From assembly GCA_963817535.1 (NCBI GenBank), contig CAWFOW010000001.1, positions 28,225 to 92,224 of the forward strand: a stretch of 64,000 nt of DNA, read 5' to 3'. How positions within the stretch are numbered: position 1 is the first letter of the stretch; each line of letters begins with the position of its first letter. The DNA is from an uncultured Alphaproteobacteria bacterium (GTDB lineage: Bacteria; Pseudomonadota; Alphaproteobacteria; MPNO01; DASWLB01). Of this stretch, positions 48,456-58,891 are shown piece by piece. The position numbers and the translations under genes were made by a program. Under the pieces are notes generated by a model. The model was not told where the DNA came from and searched no databases. It worked only from the letters and a program-made list of their open reading frames with translations.

Positions 48456-48775
48456 GGGGTGCCTCCCTTGTCCAGCGGACCGGCGACCGCGCCGGCGAAG
48501 CCGTGCACGATACGCGATCCACGGAACGGCACCAGCGAGACCTCGCGCGACTGGCCGGGCTCGAACCGGACGGCGGTGCCCGCCGGAATGTCGAGCCGCA
48601 TGCCGCGCGCGGCGTCGCGATCGAAGGCAAGCCCGTCGTTCACCTCGAAGAAATGGTAGTGGCTGCCGACCTGCACCGGCCGGTCGCCCGTGTTGGCGAC
48701 GGAGAGGCGCACGGACCTGGCGCCCTCGTTCAGCACGATCTCGCCGGGGGCGGGGATGATCTCGCCGGGGATCAT
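48452..48775 (-). CDS. ureB: Urease beta subunit
   Basis: [27 protein letters not shown]. Confidence 0.97.
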
Positions 48776-48804
48776 GAGGCTCCCTTCTTCGATCCGTTAC
48801 CGAT

Positions 48805-48915
48805 GTCACCCCGGACGGCGCGCGTGGCGCGCCGAGCCGGGGCCCATCTCGCAGCGATACCGGCGCGGAAAAATGGGTCCCGGCTCGCGCCGCCTTGCGG
48901 CTTGGCCGGGATGAC
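48805..48915. repeat. REP-like palindromic element between ureA and ureB
   Basis: GTCACCCCGG...GAGCCGGGGCCCAT...ATGGGTCCCGGCTC...CCGGGATGAC. Confidence 0.7.
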
Positions 48916-48956
48916 AAGCTTGGGGTCGTCCGGACTTGCGAGCATGGCTCCTAACC

Positions 48957-49259
<303 letters not shown>

Positions 49260-49276
49260 GGCTCCCTCTCTCCCTC

Positions 49277-50143
49277 TCAGAGGCCCCAAACGCGGGGCAG
49301 CGCGGCACCGGCGCCAACGATGTTCGGACGCAGCGCGGCCAGCATGGCGGCAACGGCGCGGCGCAGCCCGGATGCGCCGGCCGACACGAAGCGGCAGACC
49401 AGGATGCCGGACACGATTGTCGCGCCGGCCGGGCAGGGCGCGGCAGCCGTGGCGGCGCGCGCCGGCTCGATCAGGTTCGCGGCGTCCGGGGCCGCGTAGA
49501 TCAGCGTCGCCAGGGAGTCGCCGCCGTCGAGCAGTGCGCGCCGGGCGGCCACCGTGGCGATGTCGCCCTCGATCCGGAATGCGTCGGCCCAGGCCAGCTT
49601 TCCGTCGCGCACGACGCGCCAGCAATCGCGAAGTTGTCCGTGGCGCAGCATTTCACCATGGGCGGCGCGGCCGAGGACCAGCCATTCCAGCGCCAGCACC
49701 CGCCCGCCTTGCGACACCTCCACGTTGGTGCGGCGCTCGATCCGCGCCCCGTCGAAGGCGATGGTCTCCTGCGGCAGCCATTCGCACAGCGCACCGTCGC
49801 GCGCCCCGATCGTGGTGTCGATGCGCGCGGGAGCGTCGATCGCGCGGTAGATCTTCTCTGCCGCTTGCGTGGTGACGACGCAGGCGGCGCCTTCGCCGAC
49901 CTCCACCGAAACTGCCATGCGGTCGCCGCCGGCGATACCGCCCGCCGTGTTGACCAGCACCACTTCGCCGCCCGTGCGCCCGTCGATGCGCGGCAGGATC
50001 GCGCGGGCCGGGCTCCTTTGGTACAGGTCCCGGAGGCATGTCTTGCCGTCGCGGCGGCCCATCGCGAGCCGCACCGCGCCGTCGCAGCGCTGCAGGTCGG
50101 AGTCGGAGACGCCGTGTTCAGACGGTGAGGTAGCGTCGAACAT
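49277..50143 (-). CDS. ureD: Urease accessory protein UreD
   Basis: [32 protein letters not shown]. Confidence 0.93.
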   Translation of the reverse strand: MFDATSPSEHGVSDSDLQRCDGAVRLAMGRRDGKTCLRDLYQRSPARAILPRIDGRTGGEVVLVNTAGGIAGGDRMAVSVEVGEGAACVVTTQAAEKIYRAIDAPARIDTTIGARDGALCEWLPQETIAFDGARIERRTNVEVSQGGRVLALEWLVLGRAAHGEMLRHGQLRDCWRVVRDGKLAWADAFRIEGDIATVAARRALLDGGDSLATLIYAAPDAANLIEPARAATAAAPCPAGATIVSGILVCRFVSAGASGLRRAVAAMLAALRPNIVGAGAALPRVWGL

Positions 50144-50813
50144 CCTCTTCCACCATGTCGGCGCGCCGGCCGGCGAGAACGACCTCGCCGCGGTCCATCA
50201 CCGCGAAGGAGTCCGCGAGGTCGCGCGCGAACTCGAAATACTGCTCGACCAGGACGATCGCCATGTCGCCGCGGTCGCGCAACAGTGCAATGACGCGCTC
50301 GATGTCCTTGATGATGGAAGGCTGAATGCCCTCGGTCGGCTCGTCAAGCACCAGGAGCTTGGGCCGCATGACCAGGGCGCGGGCGATGGCGAGCTGCTGC
50401 TGCTGCCCGCCGGACAGGTCGCCGCCGCGCCGGCGCAGCATATCGCGCAGCACGGGGAACAGGTCGAAAATCTCCGAAGCGATTTCGCGTGCCTTGCGGG
50501 GCAGGGCGGCGAGGCCGGACTTGATGTTCTCTTCGACCGTGAGAAGGGGAAAGACCTCGCGTCCCTGCGGCACGTAGGCCACACCCGCGCGCGCGCGCTC
50601 GTAGGAAGGCAGGCGGGTCATGTCGCGCCCGTCGAGCGCGATCCGCCCGGCGCGCACCGGGTGCTGACCGACGATCGCGCGCATCAGGCTCGACTTGCCG
50701 ACTCCGTTCCGGCCCAGTACGCAGGTCACCTGGCCCGGCTCGGCGACGAGCGAGACCTGGCGCAGCGCCTGGCTGGCGCCGTAATAGAGATCGATGGATT
50801 CCACGGTCAGCAT
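50118..50813 (-). CDS. urtE: Urea ABC ATPase UrtE
   Basis: GRNGVGKS, LSGGQQQQLAI, DEPTEGIQPS. Confidence 0.93.
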   Translation of the reverse strand: MLTVESIDLYYGASQALRQVSLVAEPGQVTCVLGRNGVGKSSLMRAIVGQHPVRAGRIALDGRDMTRLPSYERARAGVAYVPQGREVFPLLTVEENIKSGLAALPRKAREIASEIFDLFPVLRDMLRRRGGDLSGGQQQQLAIARALVMRPKLLVLDEPTEGIQPSIIKDIERVIALLRDRGDMAIVLVEQYFEFARDLADSFAVMDRGEVVLAGRRADMVEEDVRRYLTV

Positions 50814-50816
50814 CGG

Positions 50817-51566
50817 TCAGCGCCCCAGATAGACTTCGATCACGCGCGGGTCGTTCTGCACCGCTTCGAGCGAGCCTTCGGCCAGGACCGAGCCCTCATG
50901 CAGCACGGTCACGCGGCAGCCGAGCGAGCGCACGAATTCCATATCGTGCTCCACGACCACCACCGAGCGGGTGCGCGCCACCTCGCGCAGCAGGTCGGCG
51001 GTCGCCGCCGTCTCCGCGTCGGTCATGCCGGCGACCGGCTCGTCGACCAGCAGAAGGTCGGGCTCCTGCATCAGCAGCATGCCGATCTCCAGCCATTGCT
51101 TCTGGCCGTGCGACAGCGAGCCCGCCATCGCGTCGCGCCGAGCCTCGAGCGCGATGGTCTCGAGCACGGCATCGAGCCGGTCCATGTCCGCCGCCGTCGG
51201 CTTGTCGCACAGCGTGGCGAATACGCCGCGCGGCGCCTTGCGGGCCAGCTCCAGATTGTGGAGCACGGTCTGGTTGTCGAACACGGTCGCCTTCTGGAAC
51301 TTGCGGCCGATGCCCAGGTTGGAGATGTCGGCCTCGTCGAGACGGGTAAGGTCGGTGTTGCCGCGGAACAGCACCTGCCCCTCGTCCGGCCTTGTGCGGC
51401 CGGTGACGACGTCCATCATCGTTGTCTTGCCGGCGCCGTTCGGCCCGATGATCGCGCGCATCTCCGATTCGAGCACGTAGAAGCTGAGCTCGTTGAGCGC
51501 CTTGAACCCGTCGAAGCTGACGCTCACCCCGTCCAGGTACAGCACGGTCTCGGCAGCGGCGGTCAT
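50817..51566 (-). CDS. urtD: Urea ABC ATPase UrtD
   Basis: GPNGAGKT, LSHGQKQWLEIGM, VIEVYLGR. Confidence 0.93.
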   Translation of the reverse strand: MTAAAETVLYLDGVSVSFDGFKALNELSFYVLESEMRAIIGPNGAGKTTMMDVVTGRTRPDEGQVLFRGNTDLTRLDEADISNLGIGRKFQKATVFDNQTVLHNLELARKAPRGVFATLCDKPTAADMDRLDAVLETIALEARRDAMAGSLSHGQKQWLEIGMLLMQEPDLLLVDEPVAGMTDAETAATADLLREVARTRSVVVVEHDMEFVRSLGCRVTVLHEGSVLAEGSLEAVQNDPRVIEVYLGR

Positions 51567-52726
51567 GGCTTGGCCTTTCCGAGGCGGGCGCCGGCCTCGG
51601 TGAGCTGCGAAATGCGCGCGCGTGCGGCGGCGAGGTCGAACCCGTTGCCGGACAGGAGCCCGGCGATGCCGCGCGGCAGGAACAAAGTGACGGCGACGAA
51701 CAGGGCGCCGAGCGCGAACAACCACACCTCGGGGATCGTACCGGTCAACCAGCTCTTCGCCATGTTGACGGCGATTGCGCCCATGATCGCGCCATAAAGG
51801 GTGCCGCGCCCGCCGAGCGCGACCCAGATCACGATCTCGATGGAGTTGGCCGGCGCGAACTCGGACGGGTTGATGATGCCGACCTGCGGCACGTAGAGCG
51901 CCCCGGCGACGCCGGCCAGCATCGCCGAAAAGACGAACACGAACAGCTTGTAGTGCTCGACCTTGTAGCCGAGGAAGCGCGTGCGGCCTTCTGCGTCTCG
52001 GATTCCGACCAGCACGCGGCCGAGCTTGGAGGTCACGATCAGCCGGCAGGCGGCAAAGCCGAGCGCAAGCGCGACGGCGGTCGCGGCGCACAGGCCCGCG
52101 CGCGTCGCCTCGCTTTGCAGGTTCATCCCCAGCAAATCCTTGAAGTCGGTCAGGCCGTTATTGCCGCCGAACCCCATGTCGTTGCGGAAGAAGGACAGCA
52201 TCAGGGCGTAGGTCATCGCCTGGGTGATGATCGAGAGGTACACGCCCGTGACGCGCGACCGGAACGCGAACCAGCCGAACACGAAGGCGAGCAGTCCCGG
52301 CACCAGGAACACCATGAGCGCGGCGAAGGCGAACGAGTCGAACCCGTGCCAGTACCAGGGCAGCTCCTTCCAGTTCAGGAACACCATGAAGTCGGGCAAG
52401 GTCGGGTTGCCGTAGACGCCGCGGCTGCCGATCTGGCGCATCATGTACATGCCCATCGCGTAGCCGCCGAGGGCGAAGAACGCGCCGTGGCCTAGGCTCA
52501 GGATCCCGCAATAGCCCCAGATCAAATCGACGGCCAGGGCGAGCAGGGCGTACGCGAGATACTTGCCCAGGACGCTGACCGTGAAGCTGGACATGTGCAG
52601 CGCCGAGCCTGCCGGCACGGCGAGGTGCAGCACCGGCACCAGCACGGCGGTGGCGATGAGCAGGCCAAGCGTGATCGCGCTGCCACGCGCTCCCAGGGCG
52701 GTAAGGAGCGGTCCGCGTTGACTCAT
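51563..52726 (-). CDS. urtC: Urea ABC permease UrtC
   Basis: LPDFMVFLNW, GGNNGLTDF, GGRGTL. Confidence 0.93.
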   Translation of the reverse strand: MSQRGPLLTALGARGSAITLGLLIATAVLVPVLHLAVPAGSALHMSSFTVSVLGKYLAYALLALAVDLIWGYCGILSLGHGAFFALGGYAMGMYMMRQIGSRGVYGNPTLPDFMVFLNWKELPWYWHGFDSFAFAALMVFLVPGLLAFVFGWFAFRSRVTGVYLSIITQAMTYALMLSFFRNDMGFGGNNGLTDFKDLLGMNLQSEATRAGLCAATAVALALGFAACRLIVTSKLGRVLVGIRDAEGRTRFLGYKVEHYKLFVFVFSAMLAGVAGALYVPQVGIINPSEFAPANSIEIVIWVALGGRGTLYGAIMGAIAVNMAKSWLTGTIPEVWLFALGALFVAVTLFLPRGIAGLLSGNGFDLAAARARISQLTEAGARLGKAKP

Positions 52727-54354
52727 GATTCCACCGCCCGGCCGCGAAGGGCGAACAGGCCGCGCGGACGCTTCTGGATGAACAGGATGATCGCCACCAG
52801 CACCAGGATCTTGCCGAGCACGGCGCCGGCATAGGGCTCGAGGAACTTGTTCGCGATGCCCAGCACCGTGGCGCCGACCAGCGTGCCCCACAGATTGCCC
52901 ACCCCGCCGAACACCACGACCATGAAGGAGTCGATGATGTAGCCCTGGCCCAGGTTGGGGCTGACATTGTCGATCTGGCTAAGCGCCACGCCGGCGATGC
53001 CCGCGATGCCCGAGCCCAGCCCGAAAGTCAGAGCGTCGACCCAGGGCGTGCGGATACCGGTCGAGCCGGCCATCGCGCGGTTCTGCGTCACCGCGCGGAG
53101 ATGGAGGCCGAACGAGGTCTTGCGCAGCACAAGCGTCAGCAGCGCGAACACGGCCAGTGCGAACACGACGATCCACATCCGGCTGTAGGTGACGGTCATG
53201 TGGCCGAGCTGGAACGCGCCCGCCAGCCACTCGGGCGTCACCACGTCGCGGTTGGTCGGGCCGAAGATGGACCGCACCGCCTGCTGTAGGACCAAAGACA
53301 GGCCCCAGGTGGCGAGCAGGGTTTCCAGCGGGCGGCCATAGAGGAACCGGATCACGCAGCGCTCGATGCCGATGCCGACCCCGCCCGCCACCAGGAAGGC
53401 GAGCGGCACGGCGGCGGCCAGCGAGTACTCGGCGAGGCCGGGCGTCCACGCGCCCATCGATTGCTGCACGACATAGGTCGTGTAGGCGCCCAGCATCACC
53501 ATCTCGCCATGCGCCATGTTGATGACGCCCATCACGCCGAACGTGATGGCGAGCCCGATGGCGGCGAGCAGCAGGACCGAACCGAGCGAAATGCCATACC
53601 AGACGTTCTGTGCGGCCGACCACGTGGCGAGATCGGCTCGGATATCGCGGACGGCCTTGGTGGCCGCTTCCTTCACAGGGCCGACGGAACCGTTCGCGAC
53701 CGCGCCGAGATAGGCCAGCGATGCCTGGTCCCCGCGCGCGGCGAGGACCGGGATCGCGGCGAGGACCGCTTCCTGGGTCTGGTCCTTGGCAGCGGCCAGC
53801 ACCGACGCGGCGCGCGCCTGCTCGAACAGGGTGCGAATGTCCGGATCGCTCTCGGACTTGATGGCGGCGTCGAGTGCGGCGATCGAGGACGGGTTGGGCG
53901 ACTGGAAGATGTCGTTGGCCGCCTTGCGGCGGACGGCGGGATTCTTGGCGGCGAGGGTGAGCCGGCCGATGGCCGTCTGGACCGCCTCGCGCAGCGCATT
54001 GTTCACCCGGATGCGCTTCACGGCGAACGGGTCGACCTCGCCGATCGTCTTGCCCGACAACGGATCGGCGGCGATCTTCTTGTCGCCGGCATCGCGCACG
54101 ACCACGACCGATTTGTTTGACTTGAGCAGATAGAGGTTGCCCTCGACCAGGGCTTTCAAGACAGGGGCCACCTCGCCCGCGCCGCTCGCGGCCAGCGCCT
54201 CGACGGCAGCGCCGGTCTCGTTGAACTTGCCGAACTCGGCGCCCACCGCCAGCGCGTCGACCAGCTTGCGAAGGTCGTCTCCGGCCGCGCGGGCCGACGG
54301 CGCGAGGGCCGTGGCAAGCGTGAGAAGGAGCGCGATGAGGCGAAGGAAGGCCAC
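52723..54354 (-). CDS. urtB: Urea ABC permease UrtB with N-terminal periplasmic extension
   Basis: GVINMAHGEMVMLGAY, LYGRPLETLLATW, RPRGLF. Confidence 0.92.
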   Translation of the reverse strand: MAFLRLIALLLTLATALAPSARAAGDDLRKLVDALAVGAEFGKFNETGAAVEALAASGAGEVAPVLKALVEGNLYLLKSNKSVVVVRDAGDKKIAADPLSGKTIGEVDPFAVKRIRVNNALREAVQTAIGRLTLAAKNPAVRRKAANDIFQSPNPSSIAALDAAIKSESDPDIRTLFEQARAASVLAAAKDQTQEAVLAAIPVLAARGDQASLAYLGAVANGSVGPVKEAATKAVRDIRADLATWSAAQNVWYGISLGSVLLLAAIGLAITFGVMGVINMAHGEMVMLGAYTTYVVQQSMGAWTPGLAEYSLAAAVPLAFLVAGGVGIGIERCVIRFLYGRPLETLLATWGLSLVLQQAVRSIFGPTNRDVVTPEWLAGAFQLGHMTVTYSRMWIVVFALAVFALLTLVLRKTSFGLHLRAVTQNRAMAGSTGIRTPWVDALTFGLGSGIAGIAGVALSQIDNVSPNLGQGYIIDSFMVVVFGGVGNLWGTLVGATVLGIANKFLEPYAGAVLGKILVLVAIILFIQKRPRGLFALRGRAVES

Positions 54355-54385
54355 GTTCGATCCGTTCGTTCGTGTGGGAAGAGGG

Positions 54386-54412
54386 GCGCGGGGAGGCGGT
54401 GCCTCCCCGCGC
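54386..54412 (-). other. Intercistronic stem-loop after urtA
   Basis: GCGCGGGGAGGC-GGT-GCCTCCCCGCGC, a perfect 12-bp stem. Confidence 0.6.
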
Positions 54413-54423
54413 AACGAGATGGC

Positions 54424-55729
54424 TCAGGCGCCGTTGCCCTTGCCGCCGCACTTGCCGGTCTTGACGTTGAAGTTTCCGCAGGACATCGGCTTGCGCCAGT
54501 CCGAGATCAGCGGCTTCGAGTCCGGCAGATAGTCGGACCATGCGTCACCCGGCACGAGGCCCGGGGTCTTCCACACCGTGTCGAACTGGCCGTCGGCCTG
54601 CACCTCGCCGATCAGCACCGGCTTGGTGATGTGGTGGTTGGGCATCATGGTCGCGTAGCCACCCGTGAGGTTGGGGACGGACACGCCGACCATCGCGTCG
54701 ATCACCTTGTCGGGGTCGGTGGTGCCGGCCTTCTCGACCGCCTTCACCCACATGTTGAAGCCGATATAGTGGGCTTCCATCGGGTCGTTGGTCACGCGCT
54801 TCGGGTTCTTGATGAAGGCGTGCCAGGACTTGATGAAGGCCTCGTTCGCGGGCGTGTCGATGCTTTCGAAGTAGTTCCACGCGGCCAGGTGGCCGACCAG
54901 CGGCTTGGTGTCGATGCCGGCCAGCTCCTCCTCACCCACCGAGAACGCGACGACCGGGATGTCGGTCGCCTTCACGCCCTGGGCGGCGAGCTCCTTGTAG
55001 AACGGCACGTTCGCGTCGCCATTGATAGTTGACACGACGGCGGTCTTCTTGCCGGCCGCGCCGAAACGCTTGATCGACGCCACGATCGACTGCCAGTCGG
55101 AATGGCCGAACGGCGTGTAGTTGATCATGATGTCGGCGTCGGCGACCCCCTTCTGCTTCAGGTACGCCTCCAGGATCTTGTTGGTCGTGCGCGGGTAGAC
55201 GTAGTCGGTGCCGGCTAGCACCCAGCGCTTCACCCCCTGCGCCATAAGGTAGTCGACGGCCGGGATCGCCTGCTGGTTCGGCGCGGCGCCGGTGTAGAAC
55301 ACGTTCTTCGACAATTCCTCGCCCTCGTACTGGACGGGGTAGAACAGGATGGAGTTCGAGCGACTCGAACACGGGAAGCACGGACTTGCGGCTGACCGAG
55401 GTCCAGCAGCCGAACACCACGGCGACCTTGTCCTTCTGGATCAGCTCGCGCGCCTTTTCGGCGAACAGCGGCCAGTTGGAAGCGGGGTCGACCACCACCG
55501 GCTCCAGCTTCTTGCCGAGGATGCCGCCCTTCTTGTTCTGCTCGGCGATGAGCATCAGCATCACGTCCTTGAGCGTCGTCTCGCTGATCGCCATCGTGCC
55601 CGACAGCGAATGCAGGATGCCGACCTTGATCGTGTCGTCGGCCGCCCTCGCGGGCGTGCCGGGCAGGGCAAGGCTGGCGGTGAGTACCGCCGCTGCCGCG
55701 CCGGCAAGACAGGTGCGTCTGGAAATCAT
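54424..55729 (-). pseudogene. urtA: Urea ABC substrate-binding protein UrtA with a +1 frameshift near 55357 (real or sequencing error)
   Basis: The N-half ([20 protein letters not shown]) and C-half ([12 protein letters not shown]...GAAPNQQ) are in different frames; the span of 1306 nt is 3n+1. Confidence 0.85.
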
Positions 55730-55772
55730 TGCGTGCCTCCGGAAGGTTTCTGCGATCCACCGCAACGTCCAT

Positions 55773-55788
55773 TGCAAGCCGCGTGCCA
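55773..55788 (-). promoter_or_regulatory. Sigma-54 (-24/-12) promoter of the urt-ure operon
   Basis: Minus strand reads TGGCAC-GCGGC-TTGCA, 44 nt upstream of the urtA ATG. Confidence 0.85.
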
Positions 55789-55847
55789 AATGGGCAGGCC
55801 CCGCGAAAGTGGTTTTTTTTCAAGCGGATAGTTCCTCGACACGCATC

Positions 55848-55920
55848 TGCCGCCTTTTTGAGCAGCACGTGGGGTGATTAAAGTTTAAGCATCTCGACCA
55901 AGTCGCCTACGAATTAGGCA
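55848..55920. promoter_or_regulatory. Three NtrC-like 17-bp boxes
   Basis: TGCCGCCTTTTTGAGCA (55848-55864), TGATTAAAGTTTAAGCA (55875-55891) and CGCCTACGAATTAGGCA (55904-55920) match or nearly match TGC-N11-GCA. Confidence 0.6.
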
Positions 55921-55995
55921 GAAGTCACGTTCGACGGCTTGAAGGCCGGGGCAGCGGCTCGCGATGGCGGTGGCGAACGTGGTACGCAATGGGGC

Positions 55996-57579
55996 ATGGC
56001 ACAGCGTTATCAGGTGATCATCGTGGGGGGCGGGCCGGTCGGAGTCGGGCTGGCCGTCGAGCTCGGGTTGCGTGGCGTGTCCTGCGCGCTGGTCGAGCGC
56101 TATCGCGAGATGCAGCGCATCCCCAAGGGGCAGAATCTCAGCCCGCGCACCCTGGAGCATTTCTGGTCCTGGGGGATCGTCGACGAGCTGCGCGCGGCCC
56201 GCATCATGCCGCCCGGTTTCCCGATCAGCGGCATCGTCGCCTATGGCGACCTGATGAGCCCGTACTGGTACGCGCCGCCTCAGCGCGAGGTGCTGCGCCC
56301 CTACTATTTCCAGGACGTCGAGCGCCTGCCCCAATACCTCACGGAAGAGGTGCTGCGCGCGAAGATGGCGCGGCTGCCCTGGGTCGAAAGCCGGTTCGGC
56401 TGGTCCGCCGAAGCGGTCGCACAGGACGAGAACGGCGTACGGGTCACCATCGCCGAGCGCGAGGGCGGCGGGCGTGAGACGCTGGAGGCCGATTATGTCG
56501 TCGGGTGCGACGGTGCGCGCTCGGTGGTGCGCGAGCAGATTGGTATCGCGCGTGGCGGCGCCGACTACGACCAGCTCATGGTGCTGGCCGTACTCCGCTC
56601 GCGCGAGCTGCATGAGGGGCTGAAGCGCTTTCCCGAACGTTCCACCTACAACGCGTTGCACCCGGACCAGAAAGGCTACTGGCAGTTCTTCGGCCGAATC
56701 GACGTGGGCGAAGGCTGGTTCTTTCATGCACCGGTGCCCGCCGATACCACCAAGGACAATTGCGATTTCCACGGCCTCGTGCAAAAGGCGGCGGGGTTTC
56801 CGTTCGCCTGCGCGTTCGACCATGTCGGGTTCTGGGACCTGCGGGTGGCGGTCGCCGAACGCTATCGCGTCGGACGCGCCTTTATTGCCGGCGACGCGGC
56901 GCATTCGCATCCGCCCTATGGCGGGTTCGGGCTGAACAACGGGCTGGAGGACGCGCGCAACCTGGGCTGGAAGCTGGCCGCCGTCCTGCAGGGCTGGGGC
57001 GGTGAAGGATTGCTCGGGTCGTACTCGGCCGAGCGCCATCCGATCTTCAAGGAGACCGGCGAGGATTTCATTGCGGCTCGCATCAACACCGATCGCGCGT
57101 TCCTGGAGCGCTACAGCCCGGAGCGCGACCGCGCGGCGTTCGAAGAGGCCTGGGCCGGCCGGACGGCGCGCACCGATACGACCATCCGCAGCTACGAGCC
57201 GAACTACGAAGGTTCGCCGGTGGTGGCAGGACCGCCGGGCGGGGTGTGCAGCGCCCATGGCGTCCACAGCTTCGCGGCGCGCGCCGGCCACCACCTGGCG
57301 CCGCGGCGCCTGTCCACCGGCTGCGATCTGTTCGAGGCGCTGGGGACCGGATTCACCCTGGTCGCGCTCGGCGGGGAGGACGGACCGGTGCGCGGCTTCG
57401 AGGCGGCAGCGCAGGCGCTTGGCGTGCCGCTCACCATCGTGCGCGACAGCTTCGGCGACGGGCGCGAAGATTACGGCGTTCCGCTGTTCCTGGTGCGGCC
57501 CGACCAATACGTGGTCTGGACCGGCGAAGCGGCGCCCGCCGACCCACGCGCGCTGCTTGAAAAAGTGACCGGACGCTAG
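55996..57579 (+). CDS. FAD-dependent monooxygenase (PheA/TfdB-like FAD_binding_3 family)
   Basis: GGGPVG, GCDGARS, AGDAAHSHPP.GG.GLN.G, LVRPD. Confidence 0.88.
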   Translation: MAQRYQVIIVGGGPVGVGLAVELGLRGVSCALVERYREMQRIPKGQNLSPRTLEHFWSWGIVDELRAARIMPPGFPISGIVAYGDLMSPYWYAPPQREVLRPYYFQDVERLPQYLTEEVLRAKMARLPWVESRFGWSAEAVAQDENGVRVTIAEREGGGRETLEADYVVGCDGARSVVREQIGIARGGADYDQLMVLAVLRSRELHEGLKRFPERSTYNALHPDQKGYWQFFGRIDVGEGWFFHAPVPADTTKDNCDFHGLVQKAAGFPFACAFDHVGFWDLRVAVAERYRVGRAFIAGDAAHSHPPYGGFGLNNGLEDARNLGWKLAAVLQGWGGEGLLGSYSAERHPIFKETGEDFIAARINTDRAFLERYSPERDRAAFEEAWAGRTARTDTTIRSYEPNYEGSPVVAGPPGGVCSAHGVHSFAARAGHHLAPRRLSTGCDLFEALGTGFTLVALGGEDGPVRGFEAAAQALGVPLTIVRDSFGDGREDYGVPLFLVRPDQYVVWTGEAAPADPRALLEKVTGR

Positions 57580-57656
57580 CGCAGCGCAGGGGCGCGGCGT
57601 GTTGACGGCCCCACCGCGGGGCGACATCCTAATGGTCCAATATCACGGGGGTTCGC

Positions 57657-58460
57657 GTGGCGCGTCACATTCCAGGTCCGCTCTATTTTCAGCAGATCGG
57701 CGACAGCGGAAAGCCGATGATCTTTCTCCATTCGACGCCGGACGACCACCGGCTCTGGCTCTACCAGACCGCGCGCTTCTCGTCGTGGTATCGGACGATC
57801 GCCGTCGACCTGGCGGGCTATGGCCGCTCGGCCGCGCCGCAGGAGGGCGTGTCGCTGGGCGACCAGGCCGAGGCGTGCTGGGAGGTGGTGGACCGCGTCG
57901 CCGGCCCGGCCAAGACGATCATCCAGGGCAACTCGATGGGCAGCTTCATCGGCTACCACATGGCGAAACAGCGCCCGGCCCAGACCCATTGCCTGATCAT
58001 GTCGGGCACGGGCTATATTCCGGGCCCCGTGCGCGAGCCGATGAAGCGCTGGGCCGAGCGCTACGCGGCCGAGGGGATCGGGCTCCGCCGGCACCAGCTC
58101 TTCGATCACTTCTCCGACACCGCGAAGGAGATGCCCCACGTGCAGCACTACGTCGCGATGGTGGACGAGCTGAACAATCCCGGCACGGTCGGCGCGATCA
58201 TCGCGATGAACAAGGCGCTGATGAACGCCGAGCCGGATTCGTTCTGGGAGGAATGCCCGGTGCCGCTGATGATCATCTCCGGCACGGGGGACCGCAACCA
58301 CGCGTCGGCGGAGACGCTGCACAAGCGCTTGAAAGGCTCGGAGTTCCGCGTCATCGAGGGCGCCGGCCACGCGGTGATGCAGGAGGCGCCGTGGCTCTAC
58401 GATCGCTACGCCATCGAGTTCCTGACCAGGCTCGGCCTTTATCCGGGAGCGGCATCGTGA
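57657..58460 (+). CDS. Alpha/beta-fold hydrolase
   Basis: DLAGYGRS, GNSMG, GAGH. Confidence 0.85.
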   Translation: MARHIPGPLYFQQIGDSGKPMIFLHSTPDDHRLWLYQTARFSSWYRTIAVDLAGYGRSAAPQEGVSLGDQAEACWEVVDRVAGPAKTIIQGNSMGSFIGYHMAKQRPAQTHCLIMSGTGYIPGPVREPMKRWAERYAAEGIGLRRHQLFDHFSDTAKEMPHVQHYVAMVDELNNPGTVGAIIAMNKALMNAEPDSFWEECPVPLMIISGTGDRNHASAETLHKRLKGSEFRVIEGAGHAVMQEAPWLYDRYAIEFLTRLGLYPGAAS

Positions 58461-58891
58461 CGGCACGCCTCAAGACGCGGTTCATCTCGCACGCCACGCT
58501 CGAGGCGTCGGACCTCGCCGCCTCGAAGACCTTTTACGAAGAGTTCCTGGGCTTCGACGTGATCTATATGAGCCCGCACGCGCTCTGCGTCCGGCTGGGG
58601 GGCAGGAATTCGATTGTCGTGGTGCGCACCGCGAACCGCGCGTTGCATACGCTTGCCAACCACAACGGCATCGACGTGGCGAGCCGCGAGGAGGTGGACG
58701 AGGCGTACCGCGCCTGTCTCGACGAGAAGGACAAGTGGGGGCTGCAGCGGATCACGGAGCCGAAGGACCAGCACGGCAATTACAGCTTCTATTTCTGGGA
58801 CCGCGACAATAATTGCTGGGAGATCCTGGCGAACCCGCCGGGCGGCTATTCCGACCTGTTCGACAAGTCCAATCAGGAGACGCGTTCATGA
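58457..58891 (+). CDS. VOC family protein
   Basis: GTGA overlap; SHAT, FYEEFLG, HNG, YSFYFWDRDNNCWE. Confidence 0.8.
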   Translation: MTARLKTRFISHATLEASDLAASKTFYEEFLGFDVIYMSPHALCVRLGGRNSIVVVRTANRALHTLANHNGIDVASREEVDEAYRACLDEKDKWGLQRITEPKDQHGNYSFYFWDRDNNCWEILANPPGGYSDLFDKSNQETRS

